DNA of 63,921 bases, counting the filler, from Octopus bimaculoides (Eukaryota): assembly GCF_001194135.2 (NCBI RefSeq). It is 7 parts of 6 records of this genome, joined end to end, with 100 filler letters (N's around TTAATTAATTAA, not from the genome) between each part and the next. Parts side by side here need not be neighbours in the genome. Positions count along the whole stretch, not along the records: positions 15,844 to 26,180 come from NC_068982.1; positions 26,281 to 46,219 come from NC_068992.1; 5 more parts are not named here. The stretch is one strand, 5' to 3'. The first letter of the stretch is position 1, and the number at the start of each line of letters is the position of its first letter. The notes under the pieces were generated by a model. That model was not told the origin of the DNA, did no database searches, and was given only the letters and a program-made list of their open reading frames with translations. Of this stretch, positions 25,873-37,985 are shown in pieces. The translations under genes and the position numbers were made by a program.

Positions 25873-26180
25873 CAGTAGTTTTATTTTTATAACGTGCTTT
25901 CACTTCACTATCAAGCGCAGCTCTGTGTGCCTTGGGTATGTGCTGTGGTTTGCTGTGATGCTCTTATGGTTACTGTATTGAAAGTGTTTTGCGTAGGATG
26001 TGTGCAGTGCCCAGTAGTACAATTTTCTGTATGTTATATATATTTGTAAGTCCTGGTGTTTTTGTTATGCATTTGTCTGAATATTTTTTTATTATACCTA
26101 AGGTACCTACTATGATAGGAATTGTTTCTGTTTTTAGATTCTACATTCGAGTTACCTCTATTTCCAGGTCTTTGTATTTT
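25873..26180 (-). mobile_element. Dong/R4-type LINE 3' end (REL tail and 3'UTR) ending in (TAA)n
   Basis: KYKDLEIEVTRM...IPIIVGTLG...QKIVLLGTAHILRK; ATT array at 25815-25869. Confidence 0.88.
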
Positions 26181-26280
26181 NNNNNNNNNNNNNNNNNNNN
26201 NNNNNNNNNNNNNNNNNNNNNNNNTTAATTAATTAANNNNNNNNNNNNNNNNNNNNNNNNNNNNNNNNNNNNNNNNNNNN

Positions 26281-26776
26281 GTGCCTGCAGGAGGTAGTGC
26301 TGTCCTGGGTTTAGAGGGTAGCTGTTGGAAAACCTTATGTCTGGCAGCAAGACTCTGCTCCATGCCACACAAGCAGGAAGATCCAGTCATGGCTGTCAGA
26401 CAATTTCTGCGACCACATTACCCCTAACATCTGGCCACCTAACTCTCCGGACTGCAACCCCCTTGATTATTATGTGTGGGGTGCAGTTGAGTGAGAAACC
26501 AAGAAAACTGCTTGTAACACCAAAAATGAAGTGAAGGCAAGGATTATGGCAGCATTCACCAACTAAAACAAGGAGATCGCCCAGAAGAGTTGCAGGAGAT
26601 TCCAAAGTCATCTGGAGGCTATGGCTGAAGCTAATAGCGATTTTATTGAATTAATTTACTCTTTAGTATTTAAAGATATTTTTATGTAAATTTGGTAAAT
26701 ATATCTGTTGAAATGAGATGTCAGTGTTATTTTCATTTTTGTGTAATTTAGACGACATTTTATTCACTGCACCCTG
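26281..26776 (+). mobile_element. Tc1/mariner-superfamily DD37D (maT-type) transposon 3' end
   Basis: WQQDSAPCH...WPPNSPDCNPLDY with 37 residues between the second and third D; ends '...cactgcaccctg' followed by TA. Confidence 0.85.
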
Positions 26777-27698
26777 TATACACACACACACACACACACA
26801 CACATTATAATCAAGATACAATTACTACAACACTGTAATGAAATATAATGAATACAGCATTATAATAAAGATAGCATTATAATGAAGACACATTATATAT
26901 GAAGACACAACCTTACTCATTAAGACAGCATTATAATGAAAACACAACATTATAATCAAAATACAACATTAATACAAAAGGACATTGTATTATAATTAAA
27001 CAACATTATGATTAAAGCACATTATACATAAATGCAACATCATCATGAAAACACAGCACTATAATGAAGACATGTTCTACACACACACACATATCATACA
27101 AACTACCAAATAAAGAATGGTGTCTACTGCTCAATTTTCCTATTTTATTTTCAGTTCTGATCTGGCAATAGTTTAGTCTGCTTTTTTTCTGTACTTTTTT
27201 TTTTATCACAATACGTTGTTTTTTTTTTAGTTATTTTGTTGTTTTTTTCAAATATCTTCTTCAATTGTTTTATCTTAGTCTCCCTCTCTCCCTTCTCCCT
27301 CTCGCTATCTCCTCCCCTTCCTCCCCCTTTCTATCTCATTCTATCTCTTTCTATTCTAATTTTATTGAAATGGTGACAAATGTCTTGGATTTCTCTTTGA
27401 GATTAGCAACTTAACTGGCAGACTTTATTGCTAAAACTGCAGTTTGTTAACTTGACAGCAAGATTCTGGTAGACATTGCTTGAGAAAGAGAGAGCAGTAA
27501 AAGCTCCAATAATTTCAGCTCTTTAGAATGGTATGGAATCTTGTTTTGGGCTGAAGTGCAAAAAAGAATGTAGAAGAAGAGTATATGTGTGTGTGTATGT
27601 GTGCGCGTGTATGTGTGTATATGTGCGTGTGTGTATATGTCTGTATGTATATATACACACATACATGTATACATACATACACACACACACACACACAT

Positions 27699-28275
27699 AC
27701 TCTTTTACTCTTTTACTTGTTTCAGTCATTTGACTGTGGCCATGCTGGAGCACCGCCTTTAGTCGAGCAAATCGACCCCAGGACTTATTCTTTGGATGCC
27801 TAGTACTTATTCTATCGGTCTCTTTTTGCCAAACCGCTAAGTTACGGGGGCCGTAAATACACCACCATCGGTTGTCAAGCGATGTTGGGGGGACAAACAC
27901 AGACACACAAACATATACGCACACATACATATATATATGTGTGTGGTAAGAATCTTACTTCCCAACCACATGGTTCTGGGCTCAGTCTCATTGTGTGGCA
28001 TCTTGGGCAAGTGTCTTCTATAGCCTTGGGCCGACCAAAGCCTTGTGATTTGGTAGACAAAAACTGAAAGAAACCTGTTGTATATATATATAAGCGTAGG
28101 AGTAGCTGTGTGGTAAGTAGCTTGCCTACAAACCACATGGTTCTGGGTTCAGTTCCACTGTGTGGCACCTTGGGCAAGTGTCTTCTACTATAGCCTTGGG
28201 CTGACCAAAGCCGTGTGAGTGGATTTGGTAGACAGAAACTGAAAGAAGCCCGTCATATATATATACATATATACA

Positions 28276-28315
<40 letters not shown>

Positions 28316-28500
28316 CACATTTATGTATATGTGTGTGTGCCTGTGCTTGTCCCCCCAACATCGCTTGATAACCGATAACAGCAAAAGAGACCAATAGAAT
28401 AAGTACTAGGCTTACAGAGAATAAGTCCTGGAGTCGATTTGCTTCACTAAAGGCGATGTTCCAGCATGGTCACAGTCAAATGACTGAAACAAGTAAAAGA
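27699..28500. mobile_element. Cluster of SINE family A pieces (tail on -, head on +, and a complete + copy at 28093-28500)
   Basis: Recurrent head and tail sequences. Confidence 0.85.
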
Positions 28501-29595
28501 AGAAAAAATAAATAAAAGAATAGTGATGAGTCTTTTGAAAGGCATTTGGCTGCTCTATTTAACAGATCAACCAATGATAGAGAAACCTCATCGTTAGCTT
28601 GCACTAACAAATGTTTGATTAGTTATCTATCATGTGATAAATATGTCTGGTGCTGCAGTAATGTTCTGTGACTAATTACCATATTCTTCTACTCTGAGAC
28701 ATCAAAGCAATACATTTTTGTTAATGTATTACAAGACTGCCATTATTGTATTGGTAACGTTGCCAAGAAACATCACTGGATTGGCAGAATCAACAGAATG
28801 AGGGATAATTTCAGTTGTGGCATTTATTTCTCTACCTTAGGTTCTGAGTTCAAATCCTGCCAAGGTTGACTTTGCTTTTTAAACTTCAGGAGCCAATAGA
28901 GAAAAATAATTAGTGTGGTGTGGCATGGGGTGGGGGCATCAGAAGGCACAGACACATATGTATACACACACATATATATATATATGTATATATACATGTA
29001 TATATATCTATACATTCATATTTATATATATCTATACATTCATATCTATATATATCTATACATATACATATATATATATATATATATGTGTGTGTCTGTG
29101 TGTGTATGTAATATTTCCTTATAATTTGATCCTATACTATCTTACCTGTCATTTCCAATAGTCTCAGGTATTTTGATATCTCTTTCATTTTACGTCTGTG
29201 AAAGGTAACTTTCATTACAAATTCATATCATTCTACTTTCCTGTTTTTTTTTGTTGTTTTTTTTTTACCCTGTACAAGTGTAATTAATTTTCAGACACGA
29301 CCTAATTGCTATGATGTCTTCTAACTTTATGAAATTAATTGCGATTCAACTTTGAAGATGATGATGATGATAATGATGATGATGGTGATGCTGTTATCTA
29401 ACTTTACAAATTCAATTTTGATCAACTTTTCTCAGAAACTTATGTTATGATTCCAGTAGTTAATACAAAAATTATTCCTGTCTCATAGCTGCGGATCTTT
29501 TGCTCTCGTTTCCTAAAAACCACAATCATAAAATGTCAGACTAATGAGGAGATGTCTCTATGTTGTCTGTCAACATAGTTTATGTTTTAGCTTTT

Positions 29596-29790
29596 ACTTC
29601 TTTCAATCATTAGATTGTGGCCATGCTGGGGCACTGCCTTGAAGAGTTTATTTGGACAAATCAACCCCAGTGCCTATTTTTAAGCCTGGTATTTACTCTG
29701 TCAGTCTCTTTTTGCCATATCGTTAAGTTATGGGGGTGTGAACAAATCAGCACTAGTTGTCGGGCAGTGGTGGGGTAGAAACACATAGAG
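29596..29790 (-). mobile_element. SINE family A tail, decayed
   Basis: 'gattgtggccatgctggggcactgcc...gttaagttatgggg...tagttgtcgggcagtgg'. Confidence 0.7.
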
Positions 29791-29894
29791 ACACACATTG
29801 ATACATACATATGCATATACATACAAACACACATACACATACATACATACATATGTATATATACATATATATATATGTGTGTGTGTGTGTGTGT

Positions 29895-30245
29895 AGAGGC
29901 GCAATGGTGCAGTGGTTAGGGCAGTAGACTCGCAGTTGGAGGATTGTGGTTTCGAATCCCAGACCAGGTGTTGTGTGTGTTTATTGAGCAAAAACACCTA
30001 AAGCTCCATGAAGCTCCGGCAGGGGGTGGTGGTGACCCCTGTTGNNNNNNNNNNCTCCATGAAGCTCCGGCAGGGGGTGGTGGTGACCCCTGTTGTACTC
30101 TTTTGCCCCAACTTTCTCTCACTCTTTCTTCCTGTTTCCTGAGTAAAGTTGCGATGGACTGGTGTCCCGTCCACCTGGGAGTGGGGGACATGTACGCGAT
30201 AGAAACCGGGAAACTGGACCCATGAGCCTGGCTAGGCTTGAAAAG
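29895..30245 (+). mobile_element. tRNA-derived SINE: head H1 plus tail Y
   Basis: A box TGGTGCAGTGG, B box GTTTCGAATCC; tail 'gcgatggactggtgtcccgtcc...gaaaccggg'. Confidence 0.8.
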
Positions 30246-30733
30246 TGCAGCAGAAAAAGAAAAAAGAAAAAAAAATATATATAAATAAATATATAAATTC
30301 AAAATTGAAATAAGTTTTCATTATCTTTAAAAAAAATAATGATAAAGTAGCCAAAAACATACTTGAAATATGCAAGATATATATTAAACATTAAAACTCT
30401 CCAAAGCCACGTATCTCTCACTATATGTAAACACATATTTACTACATTCTCTGTGTGTGTTTATATATAGCGAGAGAAACGTGGTTTAGGAGAATTTTAA
30501 CTCTTCTTTCAAGTAAATGGGTACATATTGTACCCTGACTTTTAATTTATATTTTGCCTGTTTGGATTATGTTTGCTGGTCACTTTATCATTATTTTTTT
30601 GAAGATAATGATAACTTATTTGAATTTTGAATTTATACTTGCTCGCTGCTGTTTGTTTGGAAGTCGTGGGGCCTTCAGCTGAACAAACATGCACAGAGAG
30701 GTAAATATATTTTTTAAAACAGTTCACACAGTA

Positions 30734-30797
30734 AGCCTAGCTGATGAGCTTTAAGTGTCAATTTGGCGGAGAAAGCAAAATCAACTGATACTCGGCT
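30734..30797 (+). ncRNA. Degenerate type I hammerhead motif (G12 read as A)
   Basis: AGCCTAG-CTGATGA-GCTTT[19 nt]AAAGC-AAA-ATCA[ac]TGAT-A-CTCGGCT; all three stems can form. Confidence 0.6.
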
Positions 30798-31117
30798 ATC
30801 TATCCTCCTCTTTGTAGTTTTATGAAAGGGGATGACCGTTTTTTAAAAATATATTTGCTACATTCTCCATTCTTGTTTATATATAGTGAGAGATGTGTGG
30901 TTTTGGAGAGTCTTAACTATTCTTTCAAACAAACAGATACATATTGTACCCTGACTTTCAATATAGATAAATACATACATACATACATACATACATACAT
31001 ACATACATACATACATACATACAGGCGCTGATCACCGGGGTTGATGTAATTGACTAGCTCACGCTCTTGAAATTGCTGGCCTTGTGCCAAAATTTTTATG
31101 TATTATCATTATTATTA

Positions 31118-31161
<44 letters not shown>

Positions 31162-31164
<3 letters not shown>

Positions 31165-31252
31165 TAGTTTTATTTTTATAACTTGCTTTCACTTCACTAC
31201 CGAGCGCAGCTCTGTGTGCCTTGGGTATGTGCTGTGGCTTGCTGTAATGCTC
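31162..31252 (-). mobile_element. 91-bp Dong/R4 3'UTR-only insertion inside an (ATT)n array
   Basis: Same sequence as 25873-25960; ATT arrays at 31101-31161 and 31253-31293. Confidence 0.88.
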
Positions 31253-31283
<31 letters not shown>

Positions 31284-31294
31284 CATTATTATTT

Positions 31295-31475
31295 AGCATG
31301 CTGGGCTTAGTGGCATTTCATCTGTTTTTTTGTTCTGAGTTCAAAAGATGCCGAGGCTGACTTTGCCTTGCATTCTCTCAGTGTCGATAAATTAAATACC
31401 AATGAAACACTGGGGTTGATGTAATCAACTAGTCTCCTCTCACCAAATTTCAGGCCTTGTGCCTATAGCAGAAAT
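31295..31475 (+). mobile_element. CORE-like SINE (family C), decayed
   Basis: 'ttctgagttcaaa...gccgaggctgactttgcc...gtcgataaattaaatacc...ggggttgatgtaatc'. Confidence 0.65.
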
Positions 31476-31476
31476 G

Positions 31477-31508
<32 letters not shown>

Positions 31509-32036
31509 CATTATTATTATTTTTATTATTATTATTATTATTATTATATAATAGTATATATCATGTCACCATAGACATAAATGTTCCTACTTTAAATACC
31601 AGTCGAGATAATATGCATAGAACCAGGAACAGGACATCAGATGACAAGAAATAGATCCAACCAATTGAAACGTAGCTTTGAGATCGAGATCAAATTTATG
31701 AAAAAATACTTTCATCTCGAAAGAAGATGTTAATAGTCTGAAAAATTACTATTAACAATAACGTTTACAATTTATAATTTATATTAATGGCTTGTATCAT
31801 GCAGCAGCTCTCTTTGTGCCTGCCTGTTTCTCTTTATATACATATACATATATATATGCATGTGTGTGTGAGTATGCATGCATATATTATATATATATAA
31901 TTATATATATATATATATATATAAAATTATATTATATATANNNNNNNNNNNNNNNNNNNNNNNNATATATATATATATATAATTATATATATATAGATAT
32001 ATATATATATATATAATTATATATATATATACACAC

Positions 32037-32082
<46 letters not shown>

Positions 32083-34169
32083 AAAGTGTATTTTAGCTAT
32101 ATATTTCTATTTGGTTTTGTCATGGTCCTACATGGGGAATATTTTACTGGTGTTTAATATTGTGTCTATGCAGCGTATCATATCATGTTTGTGTATAATC
32201 TGCTGCTTGTAATGTAAAAAGGATAGGAATTTTTCTCTAGGTATGAGCTATTAATGAAGGTGAAAACTATTGCTGTGCATGCAATGTCGACATTTATTTA
32301 TACAAAAATGTAAATTGTTTGAATGTTTTCTTCAAGCTATGTATTTATGAGTTAATGGAAACCTGTAGTTACCTGGCACCACAGGTAATGTAAAGAAAAA
32401 TCCATCACTAAAACAGATCCATAGTTACTCGTTTACTCTTTTACTCGTTTACTATTTTATTTGTTTCAGTCATTTGACTGCAGCCATGCTGGAGCACCAC
32501 CTTTAGTTGTTAACAATATATACATACATACGTATATATGTACTTATGTACATACATACACACTTACATACATACATACATGCATGCATTCATACATACA
32601 CATATACATACATACATACATACACTCACAGACACACATATATACACACTTGTGTATATACATACGCATATACATACATGCATACATATATATGTACATA
32701 ATGTTTTTTACACATACAAACATGTGTGTATATAATACATACACACATGCAGACATGTAATATACATATGTTATACACACATGAATAGAGACATAGAGTG
32801 AAATCCTCTTCTTCCTTCCAGGACGAATTCTCAAAGAACAAATGGAATATATACACACATATATATATTTACATATATACATTCATACATAAATATACAC
32901 ATACAACACACATACACACATATATAGGAAGAATTTAAACAGATATAAATGTAAGGGATATATATACACACACATATAATCATATACATTGATATCTATG
33001 TATGTATCTGTATACACACACACATACACACACATAGAGACCAGCTCCTTGTTTCCAGGAAGAAAACATATAAACAGATACATGCATATGTATATATGTA
33101 CATGTATGCATACGTAAATACATACATACAAACACAAACTTTCTGCTACTGTTAAAATAAATTTTGTACTTCTCCATGATTTTTCACTTGGTCTTGTAAT
33201 CCATGGTGCATTCCTTCAACAATGATTCATATCTGGTCGGGGCAGTGACAGTGAGTCTCTCCTTTAGTATTCATTACTCTTTTATTATTTAGTACACTGT
33301 CAAATATAATGCTTGTTTGTTCATATCGTCTTTTATTACTCATCCAATTTCCCATAGTTTTCAAAATTTTGATGATGTAATTGTTTATTTCTAGGATGAT
33401 ATCCTATGAAAGGTGTAGGAAACTGGATCTGACTGTTTTGGACTTAAAATGTATAGAATATTTGGGCCAGGTATGGCTGGTTTAAACACTAAAGAATTTA
33501 TACAATTCTAATTCTTAGATATAATCAGCATAGCAGAGTGCATGACAAGGTCAGACTTTTTAATTATTTTACTTATACATTCCCAAGCATTTTCTCTCCA
33601 CTCAGTTTCATTCAGAAGGTTAGGAATCAACTGACATTTGCCCAAGATGCTACACGTGGGACTGGATGTGGAGCCATGGCATAGTAAACTTCATTATCAT
33701 TCAATCCTGCTGTGTGCACTAAGGTATTGTCATTTATTTTGTACCTTTTACCTGTCTCAGTCATTGGATAGCAGCCATACTGTGACACAACTTTGAAAGG
33801 TTTAATCTTATAAGTCAACACCAAATACATTATTTATTTGATCTTCATTTTAACTTTATTATCACAATTCTTTTGTCACACATTATGTGACCTCTTCAGT
33901 GACTTTCTGTTCTTCATGTCTCTACTCTGGTCTTGTCCTGTCTATTCCATTTCCAGAAATTGTTTTCCTCAAAATAATTTTTTTATTCAGTTTTTCCTTT
34001 TCAGAATGGCAAAAGCATCGAATAAACTATGTCTGTCTGTTGTTAGCTGTGAAAACACTGCATCTTTCAAAAATTCTCTTTAATGTGCTTTTACTTTTCA
34101 CATTTCTGAGAAATGTGGGTGTTGCATACAGGCAAGCCCCCTGTGTCTCTTGTCAGCTGAGCATTCCTA

Positions 34170-34400
34170 ATCTTGTGGGCTTGTGGGTGCTGGCACCAAG
34201 TAAAAAGCACCTGTACTGGTTCCATGTAAAAGCACCTGTCTGGTGCTACTTAAAAGCACCCAGTACATTCTGTAAAGAGGTTGGCATTTGGAAGGGTATC
34301 CAGCCATAAAAACCATGCTAAAACAGCCATAAAGCCTGAGCCAGTTCCTGTCAAGCCATCCGACCCATGCCAGCATGGAAAATGAACATTAAATGATGAT
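34170..34400 (+). mobile_element. RTE 3'UTR fragment
   Basis: 'aagggtatccagccataaaaacc...gacccatgccagcatggaaaatgaacattaaatgatg'; similar pieces at ~38310-38475 and ~40070-40140. Confidence 0.7.
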
Positions 34401-35974
34401 CATGATGACAATGATGAAGATGTGTCTTCTTGTGTTTTATTCTTTGAACAGTACATGTACTTTTAGCTTTCATTGCTGTTGTTCTTTGATTTTCTGCTGC
34501 TTTCTGTCCCTTCTTCTACCCTTTTCTGATCAATTGTTGTTGTGCACCAGAACACTGTATACAATAAACTCATTATTTTCATTATCATTTGCAAAATCGG
34601 TGACAAAACCAGTGACAGCAATGAAGCCAAAAGTGCATGTACAGTACACAGAATAAGACTAAATAAGACAGAAAAGTGAACCATAAAACAGCCATAAAAA
34701 GGAAATGGTGCATAGGCACTTTAGGCTATCATTGGTGCCTTTCTTAACTTGACTTATTGCTGTTTTCTGTGCTCGCTTTTATGATTTCCCAATGTGGTGT
34801 CGTGCATCCGAGCACCATGTGTATAAGCTCATTATTTTCATTATCATATACAAAATTGGTGACGAAAACAGTGAAAGTAAATAAGAGAGGAAAAAAATAT
34901 TAGCAAAATAATGTACTTCTGCACAGAAACATAAGAAATATCAGTGAGTGAGTGTGGTGTGTTTACTATAAGCTACAAATACAAACAATAGAGAATTCAG
35001 TTCAAGAAGCTTCACGAGGAGGAATTTTTGTGGAGTAGTGTGGGGTACACATCATGTGGGAGTAAGATTTAGGCTATATTTGAAGCTGATTTTTATCAAT
35101 GGGGAAACAAATACCAGAAGCCAGAAGTTTGTGAATCATGACAGTTAAATTAACAGGACACATCTACCAAAATTTATCAAGAGAGGTGTTGCTTGGGGGA
35201 ATATTGTAAGAAGGGTTAAAAAATAAAGAACTGCATCAGACACAAGGTATGAGTGTAGATGGGACCGGTACTACAAATTAGCTGGAATTGTTGCATGGCT
35301 GAGGTGCTGAGTTTAAACTTTAAGACATATTTGAAAGGTATGCAGTGATGGGCAATATGTGAATTGTGGGGTAATTTTTCAGCTGGTTTGGTTCTGAGGG
35401 TTTAAATTAAAATTTGATACTCACATCAATCATCTGTTCTAGGCAAGATCAAAATATTCCTCATTAATGTTTGTCAAACTTTTAATTATTTTGATACAAA
35501 TGTTTTAGAAAAATACTTAGAAGAAAAACTTTTAAGGACAAATGAACAAAAGTTAAACCAAAATTTAAAGTCATTTCAAAATAGATAAATTTATTTAATC
35601 AGTTAAGGAAAACTTATTCCCTACCTGGGACATTTTAGTTTCAGTGGTAAGATTTATGGAAAACCTTTCATCAGAAATCATAATTGTCAAGAATTTAGAA
35701 TGAAATATTTTTGTTGGATAATGAAAGATAATGAAAACTTGGTTTTCATTCAATGATCATTGTTGTTGGGTAAACCCAGTTAATCCTACTTGGAACAGAC
35801 CCAGGGCAAGGATTAAAACAAATTAAATAGAACTTTTAGATTAGATAAATGATTTCTAGCTATGGATAAATGCGATTCACGAAGGATTATGTTGTTTATG
35901 ATGGAACTCAATGAACTGGTCCTAAAAAAAAAATCTGCTGACAAGGTTATGTTATAATGAAAATGCTACAACAC

Positions 35975-36017
<43 letters not shown>

Positions 36018-36040
36018 CATAATAAGAATGATGATGATAT

Positions 36041-36594
36041 GCCCTGATGAAGTACCAGGCAGTGGCTCTCATGGCTTTTGATCTTAACTGATTGGAAGTG
36101 TTATCATGTACATATTTTGTCTTGATATGAAAGATGGGCTACAGCAAATATTCTGCTTAATACCATAGATTTGCTTGTCTGTTGTTTGACCTTAACCAGT
36201 TGAGCATGTCCCTTGGTGGCTGACGATATGTGCATCTCTGATCATGAGCAGAAGTAGTGGGGGAGCATCATAGCCATGTGTTAAGAAGAATTCTTTGGGG
36301 TTTGAATAATTCATCTTTGGAAACATGGGTGTTTCGTTCATCATCCTTAAACAAACCTTATTCAGGGACCATTTGAGCAGGATGGGCTACTCGACCTGAA
36401 GAAAATTTTAACTGGGCCCCCATCTGCAAAGTCATGCACTGTTTATCTTGATATAAGATCACCATGTCCCACACATATGGTTGTGATGCATGTGCATGGT
36501 GTACCCTTATCAGACTGTAGTCATGAGGGGTATATTGGGCTTTGTATATTTGTACCCCAGTGTCACTTTGATGGCATGCACTGCTTTCTCACTC
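36041..36594 (+). mobile_element. 554-bp non-coding interspersed element between (AAT)n arrays
   Basis: Discrete higher-GC block with AAT arrays on both sides; no ORF, TIR or clear tRNA head. Confidence 0.55.
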
Positions 36595-36616
36595 AATAAT
36601 AATAATAATAATAAAC

Positions 36617-36852
36617 CTTTCTTATTTCTTTATTGCCCACAAGGGGCTAAACATAGAGGGGACAAACAAGGACAGACAAAGGGATTAAGTTGATTACATC
36701 GACCCAGTACGTAACTGGTACTTAATTTATTGATCCCGAAAGGATGAAAGGCAAAGTTAACCTTGGTAGAATTTGAACTCAGAACATAGCAATGGGAGAA
36801 ATACTGCTAAGCATTTCTTCCAGCATGCTAACGATTCTGCCAGCTTACTGCC
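36617..36852 (-). mobile_element. CORE-like SINE (family C)
   Basis: 'gattacatcgacccag...gatcccgaaaggatgaaaggcaaag...gaatttgaactcagaac...gctaacgattctgccag'; another copy at ~40165-40325. Confidence 0.8.
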
Positions 36853-37520
36853 ATAAAATTAAATATAATAATACAACATCACGAAGAGAAACCTTTTATA
36901 ATTTACTAGTTTCAGCCGTTAGACTGTGGCCATGATGGGGCACCACCTTGAAGGATTCAGTCAACCAAAATGACCCCAGTACTTATTTTAAAAATCTAGT
37001 ACTTATCCTATTGATCCCTTTTGCTGAATTGCTAAGTTACAAGGGTGTAAACAAACCAACACTGGTTGTCAGGTGGTGGTGGAAAACAAACTCAAACACA
37101 CACACACACATACACACATACCTACACACACCTACACAGGCACACACACATATGTACATAGAATTATAAGCCTTCTCTGAATATGGACTGTAGAAAATAG
37201 TCTAACATGAGGGCATATAAGCCCCCATAACAGAGAAAAATTGACATTAGTATAAGAAGGAAGTGATAATAAGAGTTATGGCTTTGATTCTCACATGCAC
37301 TAAATGGCCATTTTTTTTTCCATTACAGGGTCTTATATTCTCTGATATTAGATTATTTTCTATAATCAGTATACCCACTGATCATGCTTGACATTAACAT
37401 AATACTGGCGAAGTCAATATAAAAGACAAGGGATTGGAAACAAGGATAAATGACATCTCTTCAAGAAATTCTATTTAAAAAATTAGAATCGTTGCCATTT
37501 CCTTATTTTGATATGTTTAC

Positions 37521-37595
<75 letters not shown>

Positions 37596-37596
<1 letters not shown>

Positions 37597-37985
37597 TCTT
37601 TTATTCTTTTAATTGTTTCAGTCATTTGACTGCAGCCATGCTGGAGCACTGCCTTTAGTGGAGCAAATCGACTCCAGAACTAAAGCCTAGTACTTATTCT
37701 ATTGATCTCTCTTGCCAAACCACTAAGATGTGGAGACGTAAACACACCAGCATCGGTTGTCAAGCGATGTTTTTGGGGGACACACAAACCTAGACACACA
37801 CATACATATATATGCATATATACAGTGGGCTTCTTTCAGTTTCACTCACCAAATTCACTCACAAGGTTTTGGTTGGCCCGAGGCTATAGTAGAAGACACT
37901 TGCCCAAGGTGCCATGCAATGGGACTTAACCTGAAACCATGCAGTTGGTAAGCAAGCTAATTACCACACAGCCACTCCTGTGTCT
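37596..37985 (-). mobile_element. Full-length SINE family A
   Basis: Tail, short internal microsatellite and head are contiguous. Confidence 0.9.

Noticed and set aside
30004-30095. Tandem 41-bp duplication in the SINE
   Set aside because: The copies sit on either side of a 10-N gap: a contig-overlap artefact. The same applies at 13330-13660 and 62330-62540
32337-32384. Plus-strand 48-nt candidate exon LCIYELMETCSYLAPQ with a good donor
   Set aside because: Peptide not recognised and not phase-compatible with neighbouring plus-strand candidates (29168-29204, donor at 30700); unresolved without RNA data
33975-34083. Plus-strand acceptor followed by MAKASNK... short ORF
   Set aside because: Only 25 codons, no donor or homology; lies near ~90-bp direct repeats (~34540 and ~34800) that suggest a decayed transposon
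35625-35680. CTGATGA...GAAAC...GTC on the minus strand (similar cases at 11255-11310 and 33850-33905)
   Set aside because: Stems I and II do not pair; probably chance
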